Source: Chrysomallon squamiferum (Eukaryota > Animalia > Mollusca). Taken from it: DNA of 64,000 nt. Where the stretch lies: positions 20,708,001-20,772,000 of the forward strand of contig CM022665.1 of NCBI GenBank assembly GCA_012295275.1. Reading direction: 5' to 3'. Under the pieces are notes generated by a model, which saw only the letters and a list, made by a program, of their open reading frames with translations, had not been told where the DNA came from and did not search any database. Shown one piece after another: positions 13,741 through 28,139 of the stretch (position 1 is its first letter; each line of letters opens with the position of its first letter). A program made the position numbers and the translations under genes.

Positions 13741-16700
13741 ATGCTGAAGCAGGTTCACAGCAACATATAGTAGAGAGCAGGTTTGACATAAAGAATGTAC
13801 CCTGACAATAACAGTCTGCAACTAATTAAGTCATTAAGCATTAGTGTGTCATTTAACTGGTTACTGGGTCTATACTTTTTGATAGTCTGTTACATTATTT
13901 CATGCTGATTCCCCAAATTATTTTATAAATATTAAAGACTGTGTTTTATGCTCTCCTGGGAGAAAAAAAAATGTATTATTCATTTTGGAGGCAGCAAGTT
14001 TATTCTTGATACACACTATGTTCCTTAATATTTTGTATATTTTTAAATAAAACATTCTTCATTCATCAAGTCAAATTCTTCTGTAGTAAAGGTTAAGAAA
14101 TCAAATTTTAACTTAAGTGAAATAAATAAAAAATAAAAATAAAAACATTTAAAAAAAAAGGAAAGGAAAGAAAACCTTAATATACTGTACACGTATAGGA
14201 TCTTGTTTGTCACTTAATTTTATGTTGGTGAAAAGAAACATTTTGACACTGTGTCTTTATTATCATTATTTATTACACATTTTTACAGTCCAATTTGCAT
14301 CTTCTTTTTTCCCCATCTCCTTGGAATCTGCTGGCCGACTGAACACGAATAACAGACAAACGGATACACCCGTTACCCACTTCACGGGATCGCGTCACAC
14401 TTGAATGACCAGCTTTCTGCGTGTTTGGACCAAACGTCTCTTAATTACAAGAGAATTCATTACTGTATCCATTCCTTTGACAACGAATAACCGTTATCTA
14501 TCGACACTTTGGTTCTGGCAATCGGATACCTGCTACCCCGCATTGTTATTAATTTCAAGTCCGACGAGTCTGTGAAATTATTGTTACAGTTTTTAGTTCC
14601 TCAGCAAGCCGTAATAAGATACACGAAGGAGACTTGTTGTGGTCTCTTTTCGCTGAATGAACACATCATACACTCTCGGCATGTCCATTCAGTCAACTTT
14701 TCCACTGATACACTAACGAAAAATACAACAAAACCAGTGAATTCAAAAGTACCTATGTATACGTAGTAAAGCATAACCACCAGTCTATTATCGTTTTGTA
14801 GCCGAGAGCAGACGATAAAAGTGATTGTAGCAATTTCTCCATTAAAGAGTAAAAAGCCTGTCGTGTCGCTCAATTACAACAGCTTATCGGTGTACTGGCT
14901 TGTTCATTTTCTTGTACGTACACGTGTAAATTCAACAAAAAAGAGATGCATCCTATAGTAATTAAAGGTATTAAATCAATGTCAAAGTGGAAGTAATGGT
15001 TTACGCATGTTTCCATCGTACAATAAAATAAAGCATTGGGGTTTGAAGACATAAAGCATTGAAAGCATTAAAAAAAAAAAAAAAAAAAAAATACTAAAGG
15101 AAAGAAATGATAAAATATTAAATTACCTTTCAGTTAAAAGTCATTTTGAATAACTCAATCAGCTTCATTGGAATATAGACGTTAGATTGAAATATGTAAA
15201 TGAAACTAGACAACCTGAGCAGTGATCAATATTAAAATTCTGTATTCTAAATAATTGTTAGCAATGAAATCAGAGATGGTATAATAATATAAGAAACTAA
15301 TGAAATTCATATATGCTCTGTTTTTGTGTGTGTTAGTACATGTACAGCAGATAGAAGATAGATAGACAAATGGTTAGATAGATAAATAATTACACATAGA
15401 CAGACTGGAAGATAGCTAGATGGATCGACATATATATACATAAATATAGCAATATTTGATTATAAAAGTCTTATAAACGCCTTTTCTAAAACGATATGCC
15501 CCTAAAAGTTATGTAAAAATATTCAATTCAGAATTAAAAATGTGTTTGTGTGTCTGTACATGTATGTCTTTGTATATACAAATTCTGATCTTTGAAATGT
15601 CATTTTAAGTAAATATTGTTATATAAAATTTAAAGCATCTATCAAACTGATAACAGTTCACATTATCAACAGCTGAAAAAGTAAAAGATACGATTTGGCA
15701 TTATCTTGGTTATAATCTTCTAGTTAGATATATATGACAATAAATGTAAGAATCTTGAACAAAATAAATGTCAGGATTTCTGGTGTTATATTTCACTGTA
15801 AAATTAACAACTTGTGTAATTATTAATGCTTTTCAGATTATGAGGAATTAAAATAGATGGAACACACAATGGAAAATGAAACAAATATCTGTCATGTGAG
15901 CTTCAGATACAGAAAGGTCAGCGTTTCAAATTACAAATATTTTTATTATACCTGGGTACTGAGTAATTAGTGATTTCTTATTCCACAGGTGTAACATCCT
16001 TGTTTATATAAAAGCAGTAACCATTTTTATCCTATTATTATAAATATAGAAATTTAAAAAAACAAAATAAAATAAATAAATAAATATATGTATAATAAGA
16101 ACAATAAATAAATAAATAATACTGTTACTACTGATAACAGAAATAGATGAATTAATTAATTAATTAATAATAATAATAATAAATAAATAAAATAAAACTA
16201 TTACACTATACAAATTTCCAAATAAAATGAAATCACACAGTAAAATCAAATAAATACAACTAATTTTTTTTTTTATGAAATATACAATTTGTACATATTA
16301 ATATGCTACTTTAATTTTCTTTTAAAAACATACAAGACCATCACTTTATAAAGAAAATTTTCAGTTAACACTAAATGAACAGCTGAATGTGTTGAAAATG
16401 TCTTTTATTTTTATTTTGAATTGTCTGTTTATTAAACACTATAAATATCAAATATAACATTTACTTCAAAAAATAACAATTTCTAATCAGTAAAAACATG
16501 ATACACAGTATACATATAATTTTTTTGTGTGTGTGTGTGTGTGTGTGTTTGTCACTGTAGTATATGTTTACAAGTTACTATGGTAATTAATTCATAATTC
16601 TGAATATGTGACATGTTTTATTATAATTCCTATTTACAATATGTCATACACGTTTTAAAAAAGTGATACGATATTTCTCAAACACGCTTAAACTCGCTTC

Positions 16701-16988
16701 ACCCACATGTGTAATTAAATACATGTATATCCTACAGAATATTTTCTTTTCTCTGTTACAAATAAACAGTCAAGACTGAAGCTTCTACACTATATATATA
16801 TATATATATATACAAACACACACACACACATACGATATACCTATCTATCCATCAATCCATTTGTCTGTCTGTACTTCGTTCTTTGAAATCATTTCTGTAA
16901 TACAGTATTTAAACCCTTCATCTAGTTTATTAGTCATCCCATTTTTATTCTCTTTTTTTTTTTCTTCTTCTTCTTCTTCTTCTTCTTC

Positions 16989-17020
<32 letters not shown>

Positions 17021-17694
17021 TTTATTTATTTATTTATTTATTATTACTTTTTTTACTATTTAATATCCTTTTCTAATTGTTTGCTTTAACATTTTTATGG
17101 AGTACTTAAGAAGCACAAAACTTTCCCCTCTGTCAAATGTGAGCTTGTTGTCCCATCTTTCACACTGACTGAGTTAGAAATGACCAGGTAATCCCACTGA
17201 AAAAGATGGGATTATCCAAACAGGAATGCCCCTGTGACAAGACATAAAGAGATTTTATGTTTAGTATTTGAAGATAATCTTTTTTTAATTTAAAATATGA
17301 TACAGCAGACTCTTCAGAGATTTATAATGCTTGTTCAACAACATTTTCTTTTTCCTATTATTAGACTTCAGCCATTAACAAGATTTGGGTATTTGCTTTA
17401 TTGAATGAGATACAAACACTTCACGTGTTTTCTAATCCTGCTATTTTTTCAGTTCTGACTGCATCACATACTTTTACTACAGGTGTTCAAGAGCAAGAGA
17501 AATGTAAAGGAATGAAAGAAGTACAAAATGGAAGGTAAATTAAAAATGAAGCAAAAGGTTTTGCTGCTGCTGTTGTTGTTGTTGTTGTTATTTATTTATT
17601 ATTATTTATTTATTGTTGTTGTTGTTCACTTATTTAATTAATATTATTATTATTATTATTATTATTTATTATGTTATTTGTTGTTGTTATTGCA

Positions 17695-17745
<51 letters not shown>

Positions 17746-18435
17746 CATTATTATTTTATTATTAAATCATCATTTCATTCTACTCATATTACAAAATGAC
17801 TCGGCCAGTTTCATTTTGGTCTTTCTTTTACAAATTTAAGGGGCTTTCCCACTAAGGGACAGTACTCTAAACAAGACTTTTGGAGATACTGTGGGTGTTT
17901 AATTCATACTTACAACAGCTCATTAAGTGGGGGATAGAAAAACTGAATCCTTCTTTGTAATGTCAGAATGATTTCTTTGAATTGAGAAAACTTGACAAGG
18001 TCAATGTTGTGTCATTGTTTGAACACAAAGAGAAAAAACTGAGGAGGTGAAGACAGATAACCCCAACTATCAACATTATGTCCTCTAACCTCCCACTTGG
18101 ATAGATCTGTCAGTAGTAAACAGATAATTACCCACTCATATCTCCATGTCCTCGTTGTACCCAGCAAGTCTGCTCTTTACCAAATACAGATCTCTTACAC
18201 CATACTGTCTTTACCAAATAAACAACAGTCCTCTCTTTACCAGATAAACTACAGTTCTCTGACACAGTCCTCTCTTTACCAAATAAATTTGTTACATTAT
18301 TTTGTTTTCTATATAATTTATCAATAATATAATCACTTTTTATGTCCTCAGTCACATTTACCAATAACCTAGAACATTTTTCTTTAATCTTCTATATATA
18401 CAGACAGTTGTTATATATATATATATATATATATA

Positions 18436-19090
18436 CAGGGTCATTAAAAAGTCCCACTAAATTAGTCGTGAACTTTCTACAGACTGCTACAATTTGTCCC
18501 ATAATGAAAAAATCCCTCTTCTTCTGTTTTCTGAGGCTGTGCAGACTTCAACGTGAACACCTTCTTTTTTGAGACACTGCCCACATCTTCAATCATTCCT
18601 CTCCAACTCCAGTCAGCATCTCCCTTGTATCAAGATTGCAGACATTCTTTATATGTTCCTTTAACTCTTCAACACTCTTGGGCTTTGATGCATAGTGTAG
18701 GAGCACCATTTTGTTGGAAAAAAATAATCACATTATGCTAAAGCAGTTCGCGATTTCTTGAATCACAAGTTCCCTGATAGATGGGTAGGTCGTCAAGGAC
18801 CTCTGGAGTGGGTGCCACGTTCTCCAGATTAGACACCCTGTGACTTCTTTCTGTGGGGCTTCCTGAAAAGCAAAGCCTATGCATCAAAGCTCAGGAGTGT
18901 TGAAGAGTTAGAGGAACATTATAAGGAATGCCTGCAGTCTTGTTACAAGGGAGATGCTGACTGGAGTTGGAGAGGAATGCTTGAAGAGAAGGGCAATATA
19001 TCTTGAAAAAGAAGGCGCTCTTGTTGAAATCTACAGAGCCTAAGAAAACAGAAGAAGAGGGACTTTTTTATGATGGGACAAACTGTAGCT
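18436..19090 (+). mobile_element. Degenerate Tc1/mariner-superfamily (maT/DD37D-like) transposon relic with fold-back structure
   Basis: 18731-19043 translates (one stop, one frameshift) as HYAKAVRDFLNHKFPDRWVGRQGPLEWVPRSPD*TPCDFFLWGFLKSKAYASKLRSVEELEEH/IRNACSLVTREMLTGVGEECLKRRAIYLEKEGALVE. This is the WPPRSPDLTPxDFFLWG transposase motif. The element starts TA|CAGGGT after a (TA)n run. Inverted arms of ~210 bp lie at 18484-18695 and 18877-19089. Confidence 0.85.
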
Positions 19091-19469
19091 AAATTGACCA
19101 ATAGTCTGCAGTCCTCTGTGTCATAATACATACAGCCAAGTTGAAAACGTTAACCTTTCTGTCAAATAATAATAATAAAAAAAATAATAATATCAATAAC
19201 AGCAACAATAACAATAATCACAACAACAATAGCAACAACAACAACAATAATAATAATAATAAGTAATAATCCCTAATCTTCTTTCATAAAATGCAAAATC
19301 TTATAAGATTTACATCTGCAGTCCTATCTTAGGTAGAGTTACCAAATATGTAATCCCCTTGGATTCATTTCTACAATTACTGATACTGATGTCATTTGTC
19401 AGCTAGATTTCCCAGTAATGTAAATCCATTTAGGTTTTCTAATTTAGAGAATTCTTTAGACATATTTCA

Positions 19470-19522
<53 letters not shown>

Positions 19523-22500
19523 ACATATATATGCAGTATATAGTTCAGAAGATTTCATTGTTTTTCAATGACTGAATTAACCAATTGTGTGACACTATTG
19601 GAATGTGAAACAATGTAAAGTTCTAGCTGAGAAGGATTTGTTCCACTCAAATCTCAGATCATTGCTGACTAAACTCTACCCTCCTTTCAGTTATGAAACA
19701 AAATCAGTATATTTTCAGAATGATGGACATGTCTATTCTCAGTGACCAAGAGTTTTTGTTTGTCTTTGTCCACTGAAATTCTGTTAATGAGTTTTACTAG
19801 AATTACTTTATTTGAAACAGAGATTTTATAGAGATAACCTAACTGTGAAATGTGTGTAAATTATACTTGCTTTAATCAGTAATGTTAAATAGAAATGAAT
19901 ATCTGGTCAAACAATATTTATAAAAAAAATTTATGTTTCAATGAAAGTATGACATAATTATTTCAAAATGAATTCACTTGATGAAAAACAATTAAAAAGT
20001 AAACATTTTAGATAACTTTTTTTTTAAATATTATTATCATTTTAAACTCAACCTGGCTTTCTTACCACTGTAACATGGTCATGTTGTGATTACTAATATC
20101 TTGAATTCTGTCTAATTTACATTATTAATCACTTTAATTTGCATTCTGAAAAGTAAATTTATTTTTCCAAACATTTTCATTATGAAAATTAGAAAACAAA
20201 TTTCATTAAAGAAAATATTTATATGTATTTATTTATTTATGTTTATATTTATTATTAAAATAATTTCTTTTTTCTTTTCTTTATTCTTTTCTGTTTTTCA
20301 ATTAATTTAAATAAACATTTTCAACACATAATTTTGGGGTTCATTTTACAAAATATTTATCTATTCTTCTTATTATTATTATTAGAAATATTTCTGCCAA
20401 TAATATTTTAATAAAATGTGCACAAAGAGAAGTTAAGTGGGTAAAGCCCAGTTTCTTTCCACCATGGATGTATTTTAATGAGTAACAGTGAACAATGAAC
20501 ATATCGTAATGAATATCTCTAGATAACGAAGGCTTGACAGTGGATTTCAGCACATTATGTACATAAGGTCTCACGGACAGCCCTCTATAATTTACTTGTC
20601 ACTGACATTTCCTATAAAGGACATCCTACAGAAATCACAGCTCCACAAGTAACAAGAAAATTTGTTTGAAGAAACAAGTGTCACTGTTCAGCACTGAGGG
20701 AGGTAAGGAAGGAAAAAAAAGCTTCCAGTGATTAGTAGAATGGTTTTTTCACACATGATTAACTGAATGAGATATACAAGTAATTGAATGACAAATACTA
20801 AACAACAATTCCAAACATGAACTTTGTACAAGTTGTTTCCCTGGACAGACAAAAATGTGAAGAAGGAGAAGAAAAATAAAAGCTTTTCATAACCTTTGGA
20901 CAGGTGACCATTGTTGTAGAAAGCTTGTGGTTCCAGCAATATTTTCCACCTCTAGATGTCGTCAAGTGACGTGTTTTGTGTCAGGACTGAATAAGCACCA
21001 CAGGTAGGAGCGACCAAGATCAAAACACTGATAGTCATGTTCTGCTTATGAAAAATAAGAAAAGAAAATAATTGAAAAAGAAAAAAAAAAGTTAATGGAC
21101 AAAAAGAAAGTCATCACCCACGTTTTAGAACATTTTCAGGATTCTTAATGTTAAATCCCAGACACAGAAGTCTACATTCACCAACATTAATTCTGATTTT
21201 ATTTACAAAAAATACAACAGATTGTTAAATCTTCATGTGGGAAAACAAACAAAAAACAGATCTATAATAATTTGTAATACAATACACCTGTCTGTCTTCA
21301 AGCAGTAACAATATGTCTGCAGGTTTCTACCTGTCTTATCAAAACCAAAACATGGTCAAACACTATACATTTGTCAGGTGGTCAGTGTTTTCATGATAAA
21401 TTCAAAATATTTGTTTTGAATCGGACAACAGACAGAATCCAAGATTATTCGATACACTTGTCATGTCAGTACAAAACATATATAAATAAAAAATGTGAAT
21501 TTAAAATTTAACTTTTCACTGAAATAATCAATCAGAATATATGGGTGTTTCTTTATTGTACAGAAATCGTAAATTATTATTTCTGTAATTATCTGAGTAA
21601 AGAATTAAACAAGTTTTTGAGTTGGGTGTAATTACACTCATTAAGTACCCAATTACTGACAGAAAACTTTTCAACAAGGACTTTAACCAGACACTCAACA
21701 TTATTTTTATATCTGAAAAGAAATCCACTTGTTAGGGTCGACAACATTTTGACCATTATCTAGAATGTTGTATCTAAGTCCTCATATGATTCATTCTCAT
21801 GACTTTCAGCTCTTGTTGTAACAAAACATTTAGTTTACCAGCAGATAACAAAAAAATAAGAAGGCACAATACAAGCTAGGCGACTATGAAATGTTTGCAC
21901 TGTTGACAGATCACTTGAACGATGTTCATTATTAACAAATACTTATGTTTTATACTCCTAGAGAAATACAAGAGTGGACAGTATCAATTGGTACTTGAGC
22001 ACTGAAACAAATTTTCAGGAACAAACACTAACGCTTGTGTTTAATGACTACTTTTATATTCATTACTGGTGAGAGATGACAATGAAAATGAAGTTGGCTG
22101 AAAAGTTTATGACAGTCTGTCTGTACATCAGCGTTCTGTCCTCTCTATCTGTTTATTTCAATCAATAGCTTTAGTTTAGATGGACAACAGACAGGGTTTG
22201 GTGAGCAAAGAAAGAGAATTCATTAATAACATGCAGGTATATAAATATGAGTTTGTTAACCACAGGTAGTAAACAAACTTGACATGCTTAATGACAGTTT
22301 CAAGATGTTTCTTACAACACTCAGATTCAGAAATCTTCACATAGAAAATAAATAATATTAAAAAAATATTATATTATATTCACACAACCAAATCCAGTCT
22401 GGTTTAAATATAATGTTTCCAGTTTTCTCTTTGCTGTCAGTTAGTTGTGTTGTGTTTTGTTTGTTTTTAAATTAAACATTATCTCAGGTAGAAAAAATTA

Positions 22501-22984
22501 TAACATACAGAAATTTAGAAATCTAATAAGCAAAAATTAAACTGTTTTTGTAATGTCAATGTGTGTGTGGATGTGGGGTGGGTTTTTGTGTGTATGTGTA
22601 GTATGTTTGTGTATCTGTGTAGCTGTCTGTGTATATGTTGAATATATGTATGTATGTATGTATATTTATATATGCAAGTAAATTATCTATGTGCATGTTT
22701 AGTATGAATGTATGTATGATGTATGTATGAAGCTATCAGTGTACATGTGTAGCTAGTATCTGTAATAATATATATGGTGTGTATATGTGTATGTGTATTT
22801 ATCTAAAGTGTGTGTATGTGTGTGTAGATATCTATAATGTATGTGCAGTATGTATGTGTATATAATGTGTTTATTAAAATAACCCTATACATCAAAGTGT
22901 GAGAAAAACAAAGTATATATAAAATATTACAAAACATCAACTACAACAAACACATTATCTAACACAGCAAAGTACAGTTACATT

Positions 22985-23125
22985 AAAGTATCTTATCAGT
23001 ATGTAATAAACTAGCTTAACAGTATACAATAAACTGTCTTAACAATATACACTAAACTATCTGACCAGTATACAGTAAACTATCTTATTGTATACGATAA
23101 ACTATGTTAACAGTATACAATAAAC
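22985..23125. repeat. 23-bp tandem repeat (TAAACTATCTTAACAGTATACAA)
   Basis: About 6 copies. Confidence 0.75.
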
Positions 23126-24421
23126 AACCACATATAATGAAACATATAATAAAACAAATTATTATACATACACAAATATCAAATAAAACATATCTATATC
23201 TGCACACACACACACACACATATATAATAAATGTGTGTGCACGTGTGTGTGTAGAACATTTGGATAAAACAATTTAACTATGAAATAAAAACTATATGCT
23301 ACAGCAAGTATCACTGCCTGTTGAAATAGAGAAAAAGATTGATACAGTATGTTAAAGGAACAAAAGTATCAAGTTTATAAAATGTTTTAGTACTGTGATT
23401 GTTACAGTATGCCAAGAAGAAAGGTAACTACAGCAAAGTACTGATTACAAATGATACTTGATAATTAAACTAAAATATTTCTGTTGCATTAAGAACAACA
23501 TACTAGGCAATAATGTGTGTGTGTGTGTGTGTGTGAAATAAAGTGCCTGAGACAAATAATTCAGAAAATTAAAAATAAAATTAAAACAAAAAGCTCTTTA
23601 CTTGTTCCTGCAACATGTTAATTAAACATAAAAATTAAATACTGTAAAGACACAGAGTAAAAAGAAGAAAAAAAAACCAAAAGAAAAAGAAACAATAGAA
23701 AGAAAAAACTAAAGGAACAAGGGCAATAAAAATTTAAATGGTTATGGTTAAATTTCATGACAAAACACAATTGGACAGAAGGACAGATGTATGGATAAAA
23801 AGAGACAGAGTGAAATATTTTTCTGATCAGATCACAGCAGTTAAAACATTTAGGTATGTTGGCATTTGTCATTTAGATAAAACAGAGTTAAAACAACACA
23901 GAAGGAGAAATGATTTAATAGAAGAACGTGTCGAGAAAGAAAAAATAGATATATAAAAAAAACTAAAATGAAAATAAAATCTTTTCCTGTACTTGAGATA
24001 GAATTACCAGGTTTTGTGTGACGTATCTAAAAAGTAAAATCTTTTATGTATCTCTGGCGATGCGCTAACTTTCAACAAAGCCTGGACATTTAAAGAGCAA
24101 ACAGATCCCAATGACAGCCATTTTGAGAAGGAGAGGACATTTAAACACGCCATCTCTTTTTCTCTTTCACCTGTCTTGTCACATAAAGTGACATCCGTTA
24201 GTGACAGCCATGTGTGTTAAAACATACAATCTTAGTGTTCTCAGAGACATTTAAACCTCAATAAAATGCCATCTTTGAATGTGCTTGTTATTCATACCAG
24301 AATTCATCTGTAGCCAGGAATGTTGATGCACCCTCGACTATTATTGTGCAAATGCTATGAAAGCAAAATAAGCCTCAATGTAATAGGATACGACTCTCTT
24401 TTTATTTCTTTTCTCTTTCTT

Positions 24422-24452
<31 letters not shown>

Positions 24453-24649
24453 CACTGCTGGCCTATAAAACTAGTTTGTACATTAAAACTGTGGTCTCTT
24501 CTATGTATGAGATAAGTTTTTAAAGTTTTAAAATATCTTTATATTAAACAGTTTTAATATCTCTTAAGATACATGCACTTCCTTCAGATTATTGTCACAA
24601 AGATTAAAACACTTTTTTTTTTTTTTTTTTTTTAAAGTAAGAACTAAAG

Positions 24650-24930
24650 AAAGTTTAATAAATTAATAACTGAAGATAATTTAAGGAAAAAAAGAAAAAT
24701 GGGAAGGAAAACTTAATAAATTAATAGTTAAAGATAATTTAAGGAAAGAAAAAAAACAGTAAAATTTAATAAATTAATATTTGAAGATAATTTAAGGAAA
24801 AAAGAAAAAGGGGAATAAAAATTTAAGAAATTTATAAGTGAGGATAATTTAAAAAAAAAAAAAAAAGTAAAATTTAATAAATTAATAATCTGAAGATAAT
24901 TTAAAAAAAAAGGAAAAACAAGTTAAAGAT
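24650..24930. repeat. ~55-60 bp tandem repeat (TTTAATAAATTAATAACTGAAGATAATTTAAGGAAAAAA)
   Basis: About 5 copies. Confidence 0.75.
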
Positions 24931-25225
24931 AACACCAGTCAGAGTAAGTTGAAAGCCTAAAAGATATTTTATAAACTTTATCATTTTCTGATTACACGAG
25001 AGTTTTAGTTAGAAATTGTAATTTTATTCATGTTTGATAGTTTACTCTGACCTTTGTTGTTAAGAGGAAATTTTTATAAAGTTTTGAAAAATAATTTCAT
25101 ACAGAATTCCTCAGTGTAGTTACTTTTAAACAGCACTTCCACACATTTTCATTACTTCAAAAATAAATCTGTATTTCTATACTTTGGACATTTGACTCAG
25201 ACAATAAAAATCTATTAATAATAAT

Positions 25226-25277
<52 letters not shown>

Positions 25278-26678
25278 TAATGGTAATTATGGTAATAATA
25301 ATAATCGTAACAGCAACACTAATAATAATTTTTTTTTTTTTTTTTTTTTTTTTTTTCTTTGAAATCTCAAACTACTGGTTGTGAAAAAAAAAAAAAAAAA
25401 AATAAAGTAAATAAGTATGTTGTATGATTTATATCTGTCATAGGTCATGAGCTAGTAATATAGATTTGTATGTTATCAGTGTTGAATAATGATAGATGTA
25501 TTCTATGTAAAAACTATATTTGTAAACAAAACATTTATAATGAAGTTTTTAATGGAGACAAATTTAAATATTAGGTAACTGGTATTACATTTTCGGATAT
25601 ATCTAATGCTAAAATAAACCACCCACACACACACCTACACACACATAACAAAATATGCATGAAAAATAAGTAAAATCTATATAAATCTGTAGACAAAATA
25701 TTCTATGCAAATCTTATGCTAGTTGTAGAATTTCATTTAATTTTTTGAGTCTGTATTTTTTTTTCTTCTGTTTATACTTTGTTTCATTTTATTCTTTAAA
25801 ATGACAACTTTATTTTTATGTACACACTTTCTTTTTCTTATTTATTTATTTATTTATTTATTTCCTGCATTGTGGTAAACAAAAGAAGAAGAAAGAAAGA
25901 ATAATGAAATAAGTAAAAGTAAATAAATAAATAAATAAATATTATTATTTACATTGTCAATATTTGTTTAAAATTTGTATAAAAAAAAAAAAAATTATTT
26001 TCTATTTACTCCATTCCATAAAATACTACCTCTGAATAGAAGGAAATTTAAAAATAACCAAAGTTTTCATGGATATCATCCCATTACATAATGGTACCAT
26101 CCTGTTTTGTAATTTATTATTTAATTTGTTTTCTCTGTCTTCTTTTCTTTACTTTTCACGTAACAATACTAATCATTTTCTTCTTTCTTGTTTTATTTTG
26201 TTCTTTCTGTTAAGCCCTTGTTTGTATTATTTTTAGAAAATAGTGTGAATTTTACCAGTCTGACAAATAGGGTAATAACTGACTTTGAGTTAATAATATC
26301 TGTCTGATCAATATAAAGTTATTTTCTTTTTGGTGGTGGTTGTGAATAAAATATATATATATATTTCACAACCACCACCAAATAAATAAATAAGCAAGGA
26401 AAAAAAAGTAAATAAGTAACTAAATAAATAAGTAAGTTAATAAATAAATATGTAAGTAAGTAAGTAAATAAAGAAATATGTAAATATGTAAGTAAGTAAA
26501 TTAATTAATCTAAGTCGATAAAAATTTGTTTTGATCACTGATCATTATTTAAAACTAATTGTTTGTGTTGGAACCACTTTTTTCAAGCCTCTTTGCATCT
26601 AATTCCTGCAGGGTTTTTTTTATTGTTGTTTTTTGTCATTTGTTTTTTAATGGCTGCTGTGGAAAAAACATTTCTTTA

Positions 26679-26744
<66 letters not shown>

Positions 26745-28139
26745 AATACTGTCCTTTTTGGGTGGGGCATATTTTTCAAATTTATTTAATTTATTTTTTT
26801 ATTTATTTTTGGTTTTTTATTATAATTTTAACATCAATTTTGTTTCTTCATTAATGATGGAAATTATTTTAAAATTATATTTTCTTTATTATTAAAATTG
26901 TTTTGTTTATTTTATTTTATTTTATTTTATTTTATTTATTTATTTTTTATTATTATTATTAATTATTTTTCCTAAATTGTTTTTTTAATTTGAGGTATAG
27001 GATGTTAGAACTGATTTACATAAAATAAAAAAATAAAATTCTGTAAATTTAATTTTGTAAGTCAAAAGAAATATGAATGAATGGAAACACATGAATTTCA
27101 AAAACTAATGTCATTTTTGTTGTTTTGTTTTGTTTATTCAGTTAACAAAACACCTCAAATTATATAATTAATATAGTGTTATTTTGAAAATCTTAAATAA
27201 AGAAAGGAATAAATAAATAGTGAGTAAGTGAATAGATAAAGAAATAAATGAATAAATAAACAAAAAGAATTTTAAAAAAAAGAATTAAACTGTTAAACAA
27301 AAAACATAAAAAAAAAAAAATATATATATATATATATATAATTAATTACATACCTTGATGGAGTGACATGAGAGAGAGAGTTAATGTGAAGTCACTGACA
27401 GGGTGTGTGAAAAACATGATATTAAAATGGTACTAAAAGGCAATCTAGCTTGTGTTAATGAACCTAATGCCACCCAAACCATTTTCAATGCCAGACAAAC
27501 ACACTGGCGACTGAAAAGCTAACTGACAGAGCTGAATAGAGACTGACGGACTGAATGGAAACTGATGCATTGGGTTATTGACGAGGACAGGTGCAAGTGA
27601 CTTTGACAACAAAACATCTCAATAAGATACAAACAGTACGACGCACACTTTCCTTGTTCAGTAAAAGTTTCATTTCATTACAGACACAGTTTTCATGACT
27701 GTCGGACAAACGGGCTTGCAGACGCAAGTTGTCTTGTTTCTGCGGAACATGCCCAACACAACGCAAGCTGGTTAGCGACGTTGCCACTATTCACTTAGCA
27801 TCGTCTGAAAAGGTGTTTGAGTTAACACTATAGTCATTCTACACTGCACGAAGAGTCAACACAATTTGCAGATATTTACTAACTTGAAGCTCTCTCCTTT
27901 CGCCGGCCACTGAATGGATGGTGAGGTTAATTAGATGAAGTCAGGTGGAGGTTGTGAATGAGGTTGACTTTTGTGTTTCCATCTGACAAAAGAGTTCGTA
28001 AAACCCCAGCAATTGGGCAGGCGTTGAAAATCTCTGACTTGGGTACATCCAATTACACTTTCACCTAGTATATGTACACAAATCGCTCAATTCAATATGT
28101 GTTAGCTGTTTGTGTGGTAGAAAAAAGAAAAGGATGGAA

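Noticed and set aside
27354-28045. Possible large minus-strand exon ending in AAG|GTATGT
   Set aside because: Stops in all three frames from the putative acceptor and no recognisable protein; treated as a non-coding island.
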